From: a virus
Taxonomy: Duplodnaviria > Caudoviricetes
Length of the DNA stretch: 64,000 nt
Strand: one strand, 5' to 3'
Virus record (IMG/VR): IMGVR_UViG_3300023047_000002
Both the position numbers and the translations under genes were made by a program. Under the pieces are notes generated by a model. It saw only the letters and a program-made list of their open reading frames with translations, was not told the origin of the DNA and did not search any database. Positions 18,464 to 27,510 of the stretch are shown piece by piece (the stretch's first letter is position 1; each line of letters starts with the position of its first letter).

Positions 18464-20263
18464 ATGAAATCAAAAAAAGTGTATCCGGAGTGGTTTCTTG
18501 CGGAACTTGCGGATGAAGAAACCAGACATCGTTTTGAGAAAGGGGATTGTAAGGTCTCTGAGTGTGTATATTTCACATGTCCAAACGGTCATCCTGCGTA
18601 TAAGCAACTTGTTAAGAATCATATTACATCGTCAGGTACACCAAGGAATAAGTGTCCTGTATGTGCAAAGTTGAATCAAACCACGTTTGTTCCACCTGAT
18701 TGGGTTGTCGAGGACTTAGCGAATGAAACGGAGCGTGAAGCTCTTCGTGGAACTGCGTGCAATTCAAAATCGAAATTTTCTTTCGTCTGTAAGCAGTGTG
18801 GAACTGTTTACGAACAAACTATATGGAATCATTCTATCGGTAAGCGGGTATGTCATGCTTGTGCAAGTAAATGTAGAGGAAAATCTTACAGTGAGACAAT
18901 AGGACAAAGAAGAAAGCCTTATCCAGAATGGTTTGTGAATGAACTGGTTAATGACAGTGACAAAGAGAGGGCATTACGTGGCGATATTACCGGTACGGAA
19001 AATGTTACGTTCAGATGCCTTGCAGGTTTAGAGCATCCGAATTATGTTCAGACTGTTAAGAGTCATATATGTATTTCTACCGGGCATCCTAAAAACGGAT
19101 GCCCCGTGTGTAGGTATATCAAGTCATCAAAAGGCATATCTGAATTTTACAAGGGTGTTAGAAAGGAGTTTCCGCCTGAGCTTTATGACGAGGTTTATAA
19201 GGATGAGGACAGGGACAAACTGCGCAACCGACAGTTGTCATATAATGAGTCCATTGATTGGGTATGTCAGTCATGTGGTCGTGTTTACAGTCAGATGATT
19301 AAAGATCACATTCGTGGGAAACGTTGTAACTACTGTGCCGGTAAGATTTCCGATGAGGAGTGCATTCTAAGGGAAATGATCACTCCATATTACAACGGTG
19401 AAATTCTCTACAACACAAGGGATGGGTTTGACGGTTATGAGGTTGACATCTACATACCGGAATACAAGATAGCTATTGAGTATAATGGTTCCTTTTGGCA
19501 CAAATCGCTTCCGAGTGGCTTTGCATCCAGAGACCGTCTGTACCACCTTCACAAATTCGAGCTGTGCCAACGCAAAGGGATAAGGCTTTTAAGCATTTTT
19601 GACGTTGACCTGTTATTTAGGAAGGAAATCTTATCGAGGTTTTTTATGGACTTGTTTGTGCCTAAAAAGGTCTTGTATGCAAGAAAGTGCCGTGTGGAAT
19701 GTATTAGCTCCTCTATGGCTAATTCTATGTATGCACAGCATCATTTACTTGGAAGCACTCCAAATTTGTCCGTGTCTTATGGGTTGTTCCATGAGGGCGA
19801 ACTCGTGTCCTGTATGTCTTTTCAAAAGGGAAGGTATAAAGTTTCAGGTCATCCAGTGTGGTGTTTGACTCGGTTTGTCACGAAGTCCGGCATCTCTGTT
19901 ATTGGCGGAGCGTCAAAACTCTTGTGTCAGTTCGAGCAGGCATATAGTCCATCGTGTATAGTGTCTTACTCTGATAATGATTTCTTTCAAGGTGGCGTAT
20001 ATGAGAAACTTGGATTCACTTGCCTCGGCGTTACAAAGACACCAAGGTATTACTGGTTTTTGCATGGTTTGGAATATAGCCGGGAACAGTGTCAGCTTAA
20101 AAATTTATCTAAAAATTACCCTGATTTGTTTGAGGAAGCAAAGAGTATACATGGGAATAAAGAAGACTTTATTATGCTTAGATTAGGTGCATTTAAAGTC
20201 TTTCGTTCGGGGCATACAAAGTGGGTTAAACACTATGAGGGAGAAATTTATGAAAAAGGTTAA
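18464..20263 (+). CDS. Free-standing homing endonuclease: four Zn-ribbon repeats, Vsr-like PD-(D/E)XK domain, C-terminal GNAT-like domain
   Basis: Four repeats starting YPEWF/PPDW/YPEWF/FPPE, each with Cys pairs; EVDIYIPEYKIAIEYNGSFWH; YARKC..GGASKLL..SYSD..YEKLGF; sits between the nrdD halves. Confidence 0.85.
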   Translation: MKSKKVYPEWFLAELADEETRHRFEKGDCKVSECVYFTCPNGHPAYKQLVKNHITSSGTPRNKCPVCAKLNQTTFVPPDWVVEDLANETEREALRGTACNSKSKFSFVCKQCGTVYEQTIWNHSIGKRVCHACASKCRGKSYSETIGQRRKPYPEWFVNELVNDSDKERALRGDITGTENVTFRCLAGLEHPNYVQTVKSHICISTGHPKNGCPVCRYIKSSKGISEFYKGVRKEFPPELYDEVYKDEDRDKLRNRQLSYNESIDWVCQSCGRVYSQMIKDHIRGKRCNYCAGKISDEECILREMITPYYNGEILYNTRDGFDGYEVDIYIPEYKIAIEYNGSFWHKSLPSGFASRDRLYHLHKFELCQRKGIRLLSIFDVDLLFRKEILSRFFMDLFVPKKVLYARKCRVECISSSMANSMYAQHHLLGSTPNLSVSYGLFHEGELVSCMSFQKGRYKVSGHPVWCLTRFVTKSGISVIGGASKLLCQFEQAYSPSCIVSYSDNDFFQGGVYEKLGFTCLGVTKTPRYYWFLHGLEYSREQCQLKNLSKNYPDLFEEAKSIHGNKEDFIMLRLGAFKVFRSGHTKWVKHYEGEIYEKG

Positions 20264-21188
20264 AGCGGTAAGAAAGTTCGCGGATAACCCTGTTTACGAA
20301 GGGAGACTTAATTGTGGCGCGATTTCACTTAATTTCCCGATGATTGTGAAAAAAGCACAGGATGAGGGCAATGATTTCTATGAGGTTTTGACATATTACC
20401 TTGACCTGTGCCGTAAAATCCATATCCGAACATTGGAATACCTTGCACATAAAAAGGCTGGCATCAATCCGTTAGGTTTCTGCGAGGGCGGTTTCTATGG
20501 CGGTCACTTCAAAGAGAATGAGGAAATCGGTCGTGAGTTTTTCAGACCTATGACGGTTTCATTCGGCATCGCCGCCTTGAATGAAGCAACGGTGATGTAC
20601 AAGGGTAAATCGTTATATGAAGATAAAGCGCAGTTTGCCGAAGAAGTTTTGCGTTTTATTAACGATTACGCAAATAAATACAAAAAAGAGGACGGAATCC
20701 TGTATGCGATTTATGGTACGCCCGGAGAGTCGATGTGCTCATTACAGGTAGAGCAGTTCCGAAAGAAGTATGGCATGATTAAGGGAGTGTCAGACCGTAA
20801 GTATATGTCCAATTCTTTCCATGTTCATGTTTCTGAGGATATCACGCCTGTGGATAAGATGGATACAGAGTACAAATGCTTCCATTTGTGCAACGGTGGT
20901 AACATCATCTACAACAGATTCGGATCTGATTATAACACAAAAGCCTACGTGACGCTTATTCGGGAAGCAATGAAACGTGGGTATTATTACGGGTGCAACA
21001 TCAGCAAGAATTACTGCTGTACATGTGGAGCAGAGTTTTTGGATGAAGACAAGTGCCCGTCCTGTGGAAGTGATGATTTGGTTCGTATTTCAAGGGTGTG
21101 TGGATACCTTGGCCTTGAACGTGTGCACGGCGACACCCGAATGAACGGAGGCAAACGTGCTGAAATAGACGACAGAAAGTGCATGTGA
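20250..21188 (+). CDS. nrdD: Anaerobic ribonucleoside-triphosphate reductase, C-terminal fragment
   Basis: EGRLNCGAISLN, YGTPGES, SNSFH, NGGNI, Zn CxxC..CPSCG, glycyl-radical RVCGYLG; own GAGGGAG RBS overlapping the endonuclease stop. Confidence 0.93.
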   Translation: MKKVKAVRKFADNPVYEGRLNCGAISLNFPMIVKKAQDEGNDFYEVLTYYLDLCRKIHIRTLEYLAHKKAGINPLGFCEGGFYGGHFKENEEIGREFFRPMTVSFGIAALNEATVMYKGKSLYEDKAQFAEEVLRFINDYANKYKKEDGILYAIYGTPGESMCSLQVEQFRKKYGMIKGVSDRKYMSNSFHVHVSEDITPVDKMDTEYKCFHLCNGGNIIYNRFGSDYNTKAYVTLIREAMKRGYYYGCNISKNYCCTCGAEFLDEDKCPSCGSDDLVRISRVCGYLGLERVHGDTRMNGGKRAEIDDRKCM

Positions 21189-21189
21189 G

Positions 21190-21229
21190 TGGTGCTGGTA
21201 TCCGAAATCTAACCTTTATGTGGTATAAG
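21190..21229 (+). promoter_or_regulatory. TGGTGCT-box promoter
   Basis: TGGTGCT-N27-TATAAG with TGTGG extension, followed by a perfect 12-bp hairpin. Confidence 0.75.
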
Positions 21230-21295
21230 AACCAGTGAGAAGCATAGTTGCTTCTCACTGGGTAATAAGCAGATTTGTGTAATGGAGAATTGGTT

Positions 21296-22105
21296 ATGTT
21301 AATCAAACATCATACGAACGAAGTAAAATCGTGGCAGGTAAAGCAACTTAAGGATGCTGTGCAAGGTAAAAGTTCTCTTGTTCGGTCGTGGGGTATTATG
21401 ACTTCCGAGAACCCTATGGGCAAATCCATGAAACGTGCCGTCAACAGAAATCTTGTCATTCAATGTAAACAGGCTTTGAAGCAGCGTGGACTGGAATACA
21501 TTCCTGTCAAGGGACGATATGGCGGAGATGAGAACTCATTGTTTGTCATTAACCCTCTTCTCAAGGACATGATGGAACTATCCAGGCAGTTCGACCAAGA
21601 GTCCTTCATCTTTGTCACCTGTGATGACGGCGGATGCGACATGGGATACTATGAAAAGGGGCAGGGCGATTCACCGTACATCTTGAAACATTCACGTAAC
21701 CAGGTGGTCGGAATGGACGATGCCGAGGACTTCTTTACGTCTGTCAAGGCACGCTCAAAACGAGCCTTCAAGTTTCAGATTCCTTTCTTTGATGGTCAGG
21801 ACGACACGGCTATATCCTCAGAAAGCATCGTCCGTACATTGGAGCATTATGTCATAGAACGTTATGGTTATCAGGGCATTGTGTCGCTGTCTGAACGTAT
21901 CAACGAGACCTTCTCAAGGAATATCACGGAACGTCATAGGCATTCTTTACGTTCAATGATTTACGAAACACGTAGTGCACGGGTACGCCGTCTTGAGTCT
22001 TGTATCAGGTCTCTTGAGTCCGTTGTTGTTTCTCAGGGAGCATCACGTGAGATTGAACGTTCCATACAAGTTATTCGAGAGGAACTTGAAAGTATTCGCC
22101 GTTAA
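21296..22105 (+). CDS. DUF3293-like hypothetical protein with MLIK N-terminus
   Basis: WGIMTSENPMG..N..L..G.Y..ENSLFV..F.QES pattern; GGAG RBS. Confidence 0.55.
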   Translation: MLIKHHTNEVKSWQVKQLKDAVQGKSSLVRSWGIMTSENPMGKSMKRAVNRNLVIQCKQALKQRGLEYIPVKGRYGGDENSLFVINPLLKDMMELSRQFDQESFIFVTCDDGGCDMGYYEKGQGDSPYILKHSRNQVVGMDDAEDFFTSVKARSKRAFKFQIPFFDGQDDTAISSESIVRTLEHYVIERYGYQGIVSLSERINETFSRNITERHRHSLRSMIYETRSARVRRLESCIRSLESVVVSQGASREIERSIQVIREELESIRR

Positions 22106-22131
22106 GTTACGGTGAGATTGGAGAACACCTT

Positions 22132-22647
22132 ATGAATTACTCAGGCTTAAAGTATTGTGACATGGTGAATGGCGAAGGTCTTAGAACCGTCCTGTTTGTA
22201 AGTGGGTGTTCCCACAAATGCCCTTCATGTCACAACCCTCAGACACATGACCCTTGTTACGGTCAGCCGTTTTCCCTAGGAACCATGCAGGATATTATGG
22301 ATTCTCTTCGTATGGAGTTTTGCTCAGGACTGACCTTGTCTGGCGGTGACCCATTATATCCTGACAATCGTGAAGAGGTGATGCATATCGTTGAAACTGT
22401 CAAAGGTGAGTTCGGAGATGAAAAGACGATATGGCTTTACACAGGTTATACGTATGGTGAACTTAAAAAGCAGATTGAGGACGGAGATGTAATGCTTAGT
22501 CGTATTCTTTATTGTGTGGATGTGTTGGTTGACGGCCCGTTCATTCTGTCAAGAAAACGACAAGGTCTTCTTTGGAGAGGTTCTGATAATCAATGTCTGC
22601 TTCGCCTTAAGTACGGAGAAGTTGTTTCGGAAGTAGTTGAGTCATGA
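22132..22647 (+). CDS. nrdG: Anaerobic RNR activating enzyme (radical SAM)
   Basis: NGEGLRTVLFVSGCSHKCPSCHN, SGGDP, WLYTGY, DVLVDGPF, RGSDNQ. Confidence 0.97.
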   Translation: MNYSGLKYCDMVNGEGLRTVLFVSGCSHKCPSCHNPQTHDPCYGQPFSLGTMQDIMDSLRMEFCSGLTLSGGDPLYPDNREEVMHIVETVKGEFGDEKTIWLYTGYTYGELKKQIEDGDVMLSRILYCVDVLVDGPFILSRKRQGLLWRGSDNQCLLRLKYGEVVSEVVES

Positions 22648-23402
22648 CATGGAATTACAGTGTGTTCGATACGGTTGACAAGCCTACGGTCAAAGAGCTT
22701 CAGGAGCAGTATATCAGGGATGGTCTTGATTCCTCCAGTGCATTCAGCATGGCATGTTCCGAGTATGAAAAGAATACATATAAGACTGATAGAGTGTTGC
22801 ATAAGATTTCAGATGATGAGTTGAAATCAATACCCAAAGAATTCAAGGACAAACCTTCTGGGGTGGGTAGGTATTTTTGGCGTGCTCCGTCTTTTCAGTA
22901 TTTGGAAATTGCGAGCTGCGAAGGCGACGATCCAATGATTAATTATGTACAGCTTCTTCTTGGAAATCTCAAACCGGGAGACCTCTTACCTGTCCGTATG
23001 ATTCCGAAGAAGCCGTTTGGCTATGAAATGGAGTTTCTTACGTTTGTGAAGTACAAGCATACGTTTCCGACAAACCGTCGTTATATCCACTCTGAAACGT
23101 TGACGTTCACGGACAGTTATGGAAAGAAGGCATACTTTAAAGGTATGCCGACTTACGTTTTTCGAGACAAGCTATGGGATACCGTTCGGAGGATTGCGGA
23201 CATATTGAGTTTCTGGAACTCGTGCCGTAACTCGAATAATGAGGAGTTGTTCGGAGATTTGTTCAACATCATCCGTAGGGAAAAGTGCCTGTCTTGGACA
23301 CGGGAGTATGGTTTACAGTACCATCAGGACTTCGAACGTTATTCATCTGTTATAGAAGAACCTGTATGTCGCCTTCGTACTTTCTCATTAGGAGCCTTAT
23401 GA
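22644..23402 (+). CDS. Hypothetical protein
   Basis: 252-aa ORF, ATGA-coupled to nrdG. Confidence 0.6.
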   Translation: MTWNYSVFDTVDKPTVKELQEQYIRDGLDSSSAFSMACSEYEKNTYKTDRVLHKISDDELKSIPKEFKDKPSGVGRYFWRAPSFQYLEIASCEGDDPMINYVQLLLGNLKPGDLLPVRMIPKKPFGYEMEFLTFVKYKHTFPTNRRYIHSETLTFTDSYGKKAYFKGMPTYVFRDKLWDTVRRIADILSFWNSCRNSNNEELFGDLFNIIRREKCLSWTREYGLQYHQDFERYSSVIEEPVCRLRTFSLGAL

Positions 23403-23411
23403 TTGGATGTT

Positions 23412-23439
23412 AAGGGAGCATGGTTTCATGCTCCTTTTT
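23412..23439 (+). terminator. Rho-independent terminator
   Basis: AAGGGAGCATG-gttt-CATGCTCCTTTTT. Confidence 0.8.
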
Positions 23440-23480
23440 GTTTGAGTTTGTACTACGCACGTGAGTGATGCATAGACCCG

Positions 23481-23593
23481 TCAAATTTACGCCATACTAA
23501 AAAGTTACGACCTTACCCTAGTAAGTACACGTCTAATCCATAAAATCGCGAGAAACGCATTCTAGACCAATTTATGGACGTGTTTCATTTTCA
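23481..23593. repeat. About 112-bp dispersed intergenic repeat, copy A
   Basis: Shares TACTAAAAAGTTACGACCTTACCCTRGTAAGTAC, AAAATCGCG, AACGCA..CTAGA and CATTTTCA with 57278-57389. Confidence 0.85.
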
Positions 23594-23633
23594 TGGTGCT
23601 ACTCTTCTTGATTTTCAGTTTCTGTGGTATTGT
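23594..23633 (+). promoter_or_regulatory. TGGTGCT-box promoter
   Basis: TGGTGCT-N27-TATTGT with TGTGG extension. Confidence 0.7.
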
Positions 23634-23700
23634 TTCCATGTCATGTGAAGCACACATGCACGATTCAACATGACGCAATCAATATAGGAGCAAAGCACAT

Positions 23701-24297
23701 ATGACAAAGGACTGGACAGGAAACGAGAATAGTACATACTCGATGTTGGGGGCATCGAACCATGTGGACTATGACAGGGCTGAGCATGACTATTATTCGA
23801 CAGACCCGAAAGCGGCAGAAATGCTTTTGGAAATGGAGCCGCTTTTAGCTGACTCCATCTGGGAATGTGCATGTGGAGAGAATGCTTTGAGCAATGTGTT
23901 TAAAGCACATGGCAAGACAGTACGTTGCAGTGATTTGGTTGTTCGATGTGACGGAATCGAGCAGTTGGATTTCTTAACATGTAATGAATCTATGCACGGA
24001 ACGGACATTGTTACTAATCCCCCTTATAAATGGGCATTACCTTTCATCGAAAAGGCGTTATCACTTGTTGATGATGGGCGTTATGTGTGTATGTTCTTGA
24101 AGCTGACGTTCCTTGAGGGTAAAGCACGTCGTTTGTTTTTTGAGCAAAATCCTCCAATACGTGTATGGGTATCATCCTCGCGACTGAATTGTAGGCTTAA
24201 CGGAATCGTATCGAACCGCACATCTGCGGTGTGCTATGCATGGTTTGTATGGCAGAAAGGGTACAAGGGGTATCCTGAAATCCGATGGTTTAACTGA
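23701..24297 (+). CDS. Phage DNA amino-methyltransferase (N6-adenine type)
   Basis: DYYSTDP, IWECACGE (SAM binding), IVTNPPY, FLEG..R, YAWFVW. Confidence 0.85.
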   Translation: MTKDWTGNENSTYSMLGASNHVDYDRAEHDYYSTDPKAAEMLLEMEPLLADSIWECACGENALSNVFKAHGKTVRCSDLVVRCDGIEQLDFLTCNESMHGTDIVTNPPYKWALPFIEKALSLVDDGRYVCMFLKLTFLEGKARRLFFEQNPPIRVWVSSSRLNCRLNGIVSNRTSAVCYAWFVWQKGYKGYPEIRWFN

Positions 24298-24354
24298 CAA
24301 ATTGAATGGTTCGAGTCCTGAACATGGCATTCTTGTAAATCGATAATATTTGCT

Positions 24355-24855
24355 ATGAACGACACACAAGTAAAGCAAGAAACCTTTTCCAATGAATTTG
24401 TACAGCAGGTCATAGACAGGTTCATTCCGTTTGAAGATCTGCTTCAGTCAAAGTACAGTATCGTTCCGTCAGGACTTGGTGTGACTGGAAGTGGTTCGTG
24501 CTTTTGTCCGTTCCATGACAATACTGATACACGTGCTGCAAAGCTGTACCAGGATGATGACGGAGAACGCATTTTCTGCTTTGCCGAGAATCGCATGTAC
24601 AGACCGCACGACCTCCTCACACGAGGTTTAGTCGAGATTGACCCTAAAGCACTGTTTTCCTTAATCTGGAAATCACTTAACGTAACAGATCGTGATGACA
24701 TTATAAGTAAAGCCGGCACTCAGGCTAAGAATTTTGAGCGACACGATTTTTCTGTGCTGCACGACGGGTACATGAAAGGAGAACTGTGTCTAAAAGACGT
24801 TGTGTACGCTATGCTTGATTACGATAAATTCCCTTTGATTCGTAATTCAAAATGA
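24355..24855 (+). CDS. Stand-alone CHC2 primase zinc-binding domain protein
   Basis: CFCPFHDNTDTRAA..IFCFAE; no TOPRIM domain in this ORF. Confidence 0.65.
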   Translation: MNDTQVKQETFSNEFVQQVIDRFIPFEDLLQSKYSIVPSGLGVTGSGSCFCPFHDNTDTRAAKLYQDDDGERIFCFAENRMYRPHDLLTRGLVEIDPKALFSLIWKSLNVTDRDDIISKAGTQAKNFERHDFSVLHDGYMKGELCLKDVVYAMLDYDKFPLIRNSK

Positions 24856-24907
24856 AGCGAGCCGAAAGCCTAAACTGGAATCTGCATATAAAAATATGTT
24901 ACTTCCA

Positions 24908-24948
24908 TGGTGCTGAAAAGTTCCGTTCGGATAAAAGTACGGTATAAC
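24908..24948 (+). promoter_or_regulatory. TGGTGCT-box promoter
   Basis: TGGTGCT-N28-TATAAC. Confidence 0.65.
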
Positions 24949-25136
24949 ACGTATCGTTCAACAGGAAAGGATAGTCGTCCTTACCGAATCAACCTTAAAT
25001 GGAGTTTGAGTGTAACATGAGCGAGTAGAAAGTAAAAGACAGCGTAAATCGAACACATACAAATGACTTATCATTGAAACTAAAACTGTAACAACGAAAA
25101 CAAACAAAACAAGTATTATATACAGGAGTTACAACC

Positions 25137-26030
25137 ATGATAGACAGTACGAATGCAATCAACCGTATCGCCAGCACCATCGTCCTCTTTTTTGCTCTTT
25201 TCGGAACATCAGCTAATGCATTATCACAAGACTACACGTGCCCTGTAAATGACACTGAACGTGACAAGTTAGTTGCAGAAATGAACTATACTTTAAAAGA
25301 AGATGTACACGAACTTAGAAGTATCACTGGACGAGACTCATACGAGGAAGCACAACGTTATTGCGATCAAACAATGAAAGAAAAAATCGCAAGCGTGAAC
25401 GAACTCCATATTGAAGATTACGATGAAACGTTTGCTCAAATGAAACTCGAAAAAGACGAAACGAAAGCATTACTTGAACAGCAAACAACATCATGCCATG
25501 CTTGCCTTGCGTCAAAAAAAGAAGCATACGAAAAGAAGTTCATCAAAAAGCACGGCGACCATCGTTATGATACAAAGGGTTATCGTACAAAAGTCGTTGT
25601 CGTGTGGGGCGAGGCTGAACGCATTCCTACAGACGCACAAGCTAAATACGATTTGCTTTATGACGAATACATGAGAGATTACGATCCTTCCAACGACAGA
25701 CAGTCTTGTTTTGAAAGTACACCTGCATGTAATGATGCAGTCGAAACAGAAGCTAAAATCAGATCTCTGAGTAACAAGATGTATTCATTTCAAGAACGTC
25801 ATAAGATGGAACGCTTAGAACAAGACAGTTTGAAACGTACAACAGAATTTTGTGATCGCGTAGCTAAAATCACAGAAGAACATAACGAACATTTGAATTA
25901 TGTTGAGTTTCTTAAAGAATGCCAATACCTTGATAAGCCGTCGGTTGATTCTTCAAACAAAAACCGTTTGCAACAGGCAAACAAAGCAATCAATACTGCA
26001 CGTTCGGTAGGTCGTGTTTTCGGTTTTTAA
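25137..26030 (+). CDS. Putative exported helical, cysteine-containing protein
   Basis: Signal peptide ..IVLFFALFGTSANA|; AGGAG RBS; A-rich coding strand. Confidence 0.65.
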   Translation: MIDSTNAINRIASTIVLFFALFGTSANALSQDYTCPVNDTERDKLVAEMNYTLKEDVHELRSITGRDSYEEAQRYCDQTMKEKIASVNELHIEDYDETFAQMKLEKDETKALLEQQTTSCHACLASKKEAYEKKFIKKHGDHRYDTKGYRTKVVVVWGEAERIPTDAQAKYDLLYDEYMRDYDPSNDRQSCFESTPACNDAVETEAKIRSLSNKMYSFQERHKMERLEQDSLKRTTEFCDRVAKITEEHNEHLNYVEFLKECQYLDKPSVDSSNKNRLQQANKAINTARSVGRVFGF

Positions 26031-26059
26031 TGTAAGTGGGAAGTTGTTTACAAATAGCG

Positions 26060-26099
26060 ATTCGAAAGCCCACGGTGTTTGTACCGTTGGCTTTCGAAT
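26060..26099. terminator. Hairpin between convergent genes
   Basis: ATTCGAAAGCC.ACGGT/ACCGT.GGCTTTCGAAT. Confidence 0.6.
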
Positions 26100-26116
26100 A
26101 ACTTTTGTTGTTAGTT

Positions 26117-26150
26117 GAAGCCTTCCGCCTTTAGTAGGTGTGTCGTTCAC
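26117..26150 (+). mobile_element. Degenerate IS200/IS605-type right-end remnant
   Basis: GAAGCCttCCGCCTTTAGtaGGTGtGTcGTTCAC resembles the right end at 56635-56668. Confidence 0.45.
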
Positions 26151-26473
26151 TCTGTTCCGGATCCATTTTCCTGTTCTCCGCCTTGATTGTTTTCTTCGCT
26201 TTCCATGTTTACGGTTTTCATCGTTTCGACGTACTGAATAACTGCAGACATACGTGCAGAGCAAACCGCATATTTTGTTGACAGGTCGATGAGGGACATC
26301 AACATCTCTCCGTTCGTTGTGAAGTTCAACTCACCCTGTTCAGGACATGGCGTGAGTAAAGCATCTGATGGATAGAGGTACTCAGTTCTGAACACATTAA
26401 CGTACTCGGTCTTAGTTTTGGTGGTCTGGCAAGCAGACAGAATCATCAGGATAAACGCAACTGTTGAATACAT
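26147..26473 (-). CDS. o-spanin (Rz1-like lipoprotein)
   Basis: MYSTVAFILMILSAC lipobox, PSDALLTPCP..TNGE..C; overlaps the 3' end of the i-spanin. Confidence 0.8.
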   Translation of the reverse strand: MYSTVAFILMILSACQTTKTKTEYVNVFRTEYLYPSDALLTPCPEQGELNFTTNGEMLMSLIDLSTKYAVCSARMSAVIQYVETMKTVNMESEENNQGGEQENGSGTE

Positions 26474-26885
26474 CCAAAATTGAGTCAGGAACTTTTTCGT
26501 CAAACCAGTTGTATGCCTTTTCATCATTTCGTACTGCTTCATACACTCCCTCCACGACTTTTGTCTCTGTCTCAATGACCTGTGTTTCGGTCTTGTTTCG
26601 TTCATTTAATGTGGATATTTCGGCATCTCTTTGTGCAGCCTTGTCGGCGAGCATGTTAATTTCTGATTGCATTCCGTCCATGCATATCTGCATCTGTACT
26701 TTTTCATTTTCTACTTCATGCAGCGTTTTTTGTAACTGTTGAATTGCTTCAAGCCGTTCATTGTCACGTTTAGTTGCCTTGCATGAACGCACACCGGTCA
26801 GCACAAAGGACAGAAATGTGGCCAGTAAAAGAACACCGCAAATCACTTTCCATGATGTAGACGAAATTCCGTTGAGGTCGAACAT
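26412..26885 (-). CDS. i-spanin (Rz-like)
   Basis: N-terminal TM helix, coiled coil, C-terminal W....VPDS. Confidence 0.75.
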   Translation of the reverse strand: MFDLNGISSTSWKVICGVLLLATFLSFVLTGVRSCKATKRDNERLEAIQQLQKTLHEVENEKVQMQICMDGMQSEINMLADKAAQRDAEISTLNERNKTETQVIETETKVVEGVYEAVRNDEKAYNWFDEKVPDSILDVFNSCVYPDDSVCLPDHQN

Positions 26886-26930
26886 AAATCACTCCACCTT
26901 TAAGTTCGATGTACTACGTAGTACATTTCA

Positions 26931-27464
26931 TTAGTTCACACGTTCTGACAACTTTTTCGACAATTCATTAAGGTCACGTTCCATCTGAAAAGCAATCTCT
27001 TTCATGTCTTTAGCGACATCAAGAACGTTCCTTGTAAGGAACAACGTATAATCCATTACATCCCAATATGCTCTATCTTCGCAGAACTCAATAAGTTCTT
27101 CCATAGACGTAATACCTTTTTGAATGGCTTTATCCATAAAACCGTTCTGAAGACACTGTCGTTTGTAGTCCATAAATTCAACGTGAACGTCAATTCCAGA
27201 TCCAGAGTACATGCGTTTCACAATAATCTGACCAATGACTTTACCTTTACCTGGAACGATATAGAAACAATCCTCATCTGCACCGTCTAGAGGAAGTCCC
27301 ATGGAATCCAAACGATCATACAGAGCTTCGAATAAATCCGTCATAGAGATCTCCGTATTAAAATTTCTTATGGAATACGGTGGCATGGTCAAACATAAGT
27401 TTGGCGTCGCATGGAATTAAAGTGCCACCGTACTCATTTTGATATGTTCGTGTGACTTTATCAG
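26931..27464 (-). pseudogene. Paralogue of 47110-47685 with damaged 5' end (core ORF 26931-27392)
   Basis: Aligns throughout with the 47110 product; upstream in-frame LIKSHEHIK lacks an ATG and is followed by a TAA stop. Confidence 0.55.
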
Positions 27465-27476
27465 AAGGCTATCGAT

Positions 27477-27510
27477 AAAACCCACGGGCTTTATCGGGTG
27501 GGTAGTTGAC
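27477..27510 (+). mobile_element. IS200/IS605-type end remnant (single hairpin plus GTAGTTGAC)
   Basis: AAAACCCACGGGCTTTATCGGGTGGGTAGTTGAC. Confidence 0.65.

Noticed and set aside
18362-20263. Group I intron in nrdD
   Set aside because: Only about 100 nt of non-coding sequence, no recognisable P7/catalytic core, and the C-half has its own RBS and start overlapping the endonuclease stop.
24298-24335. tRNA (GGTTCGAGTCC T-loop motif)
   Set aside because: The T-stem is imperfect and I could not build D, anticodon or acceptor arms; at most a remnant.
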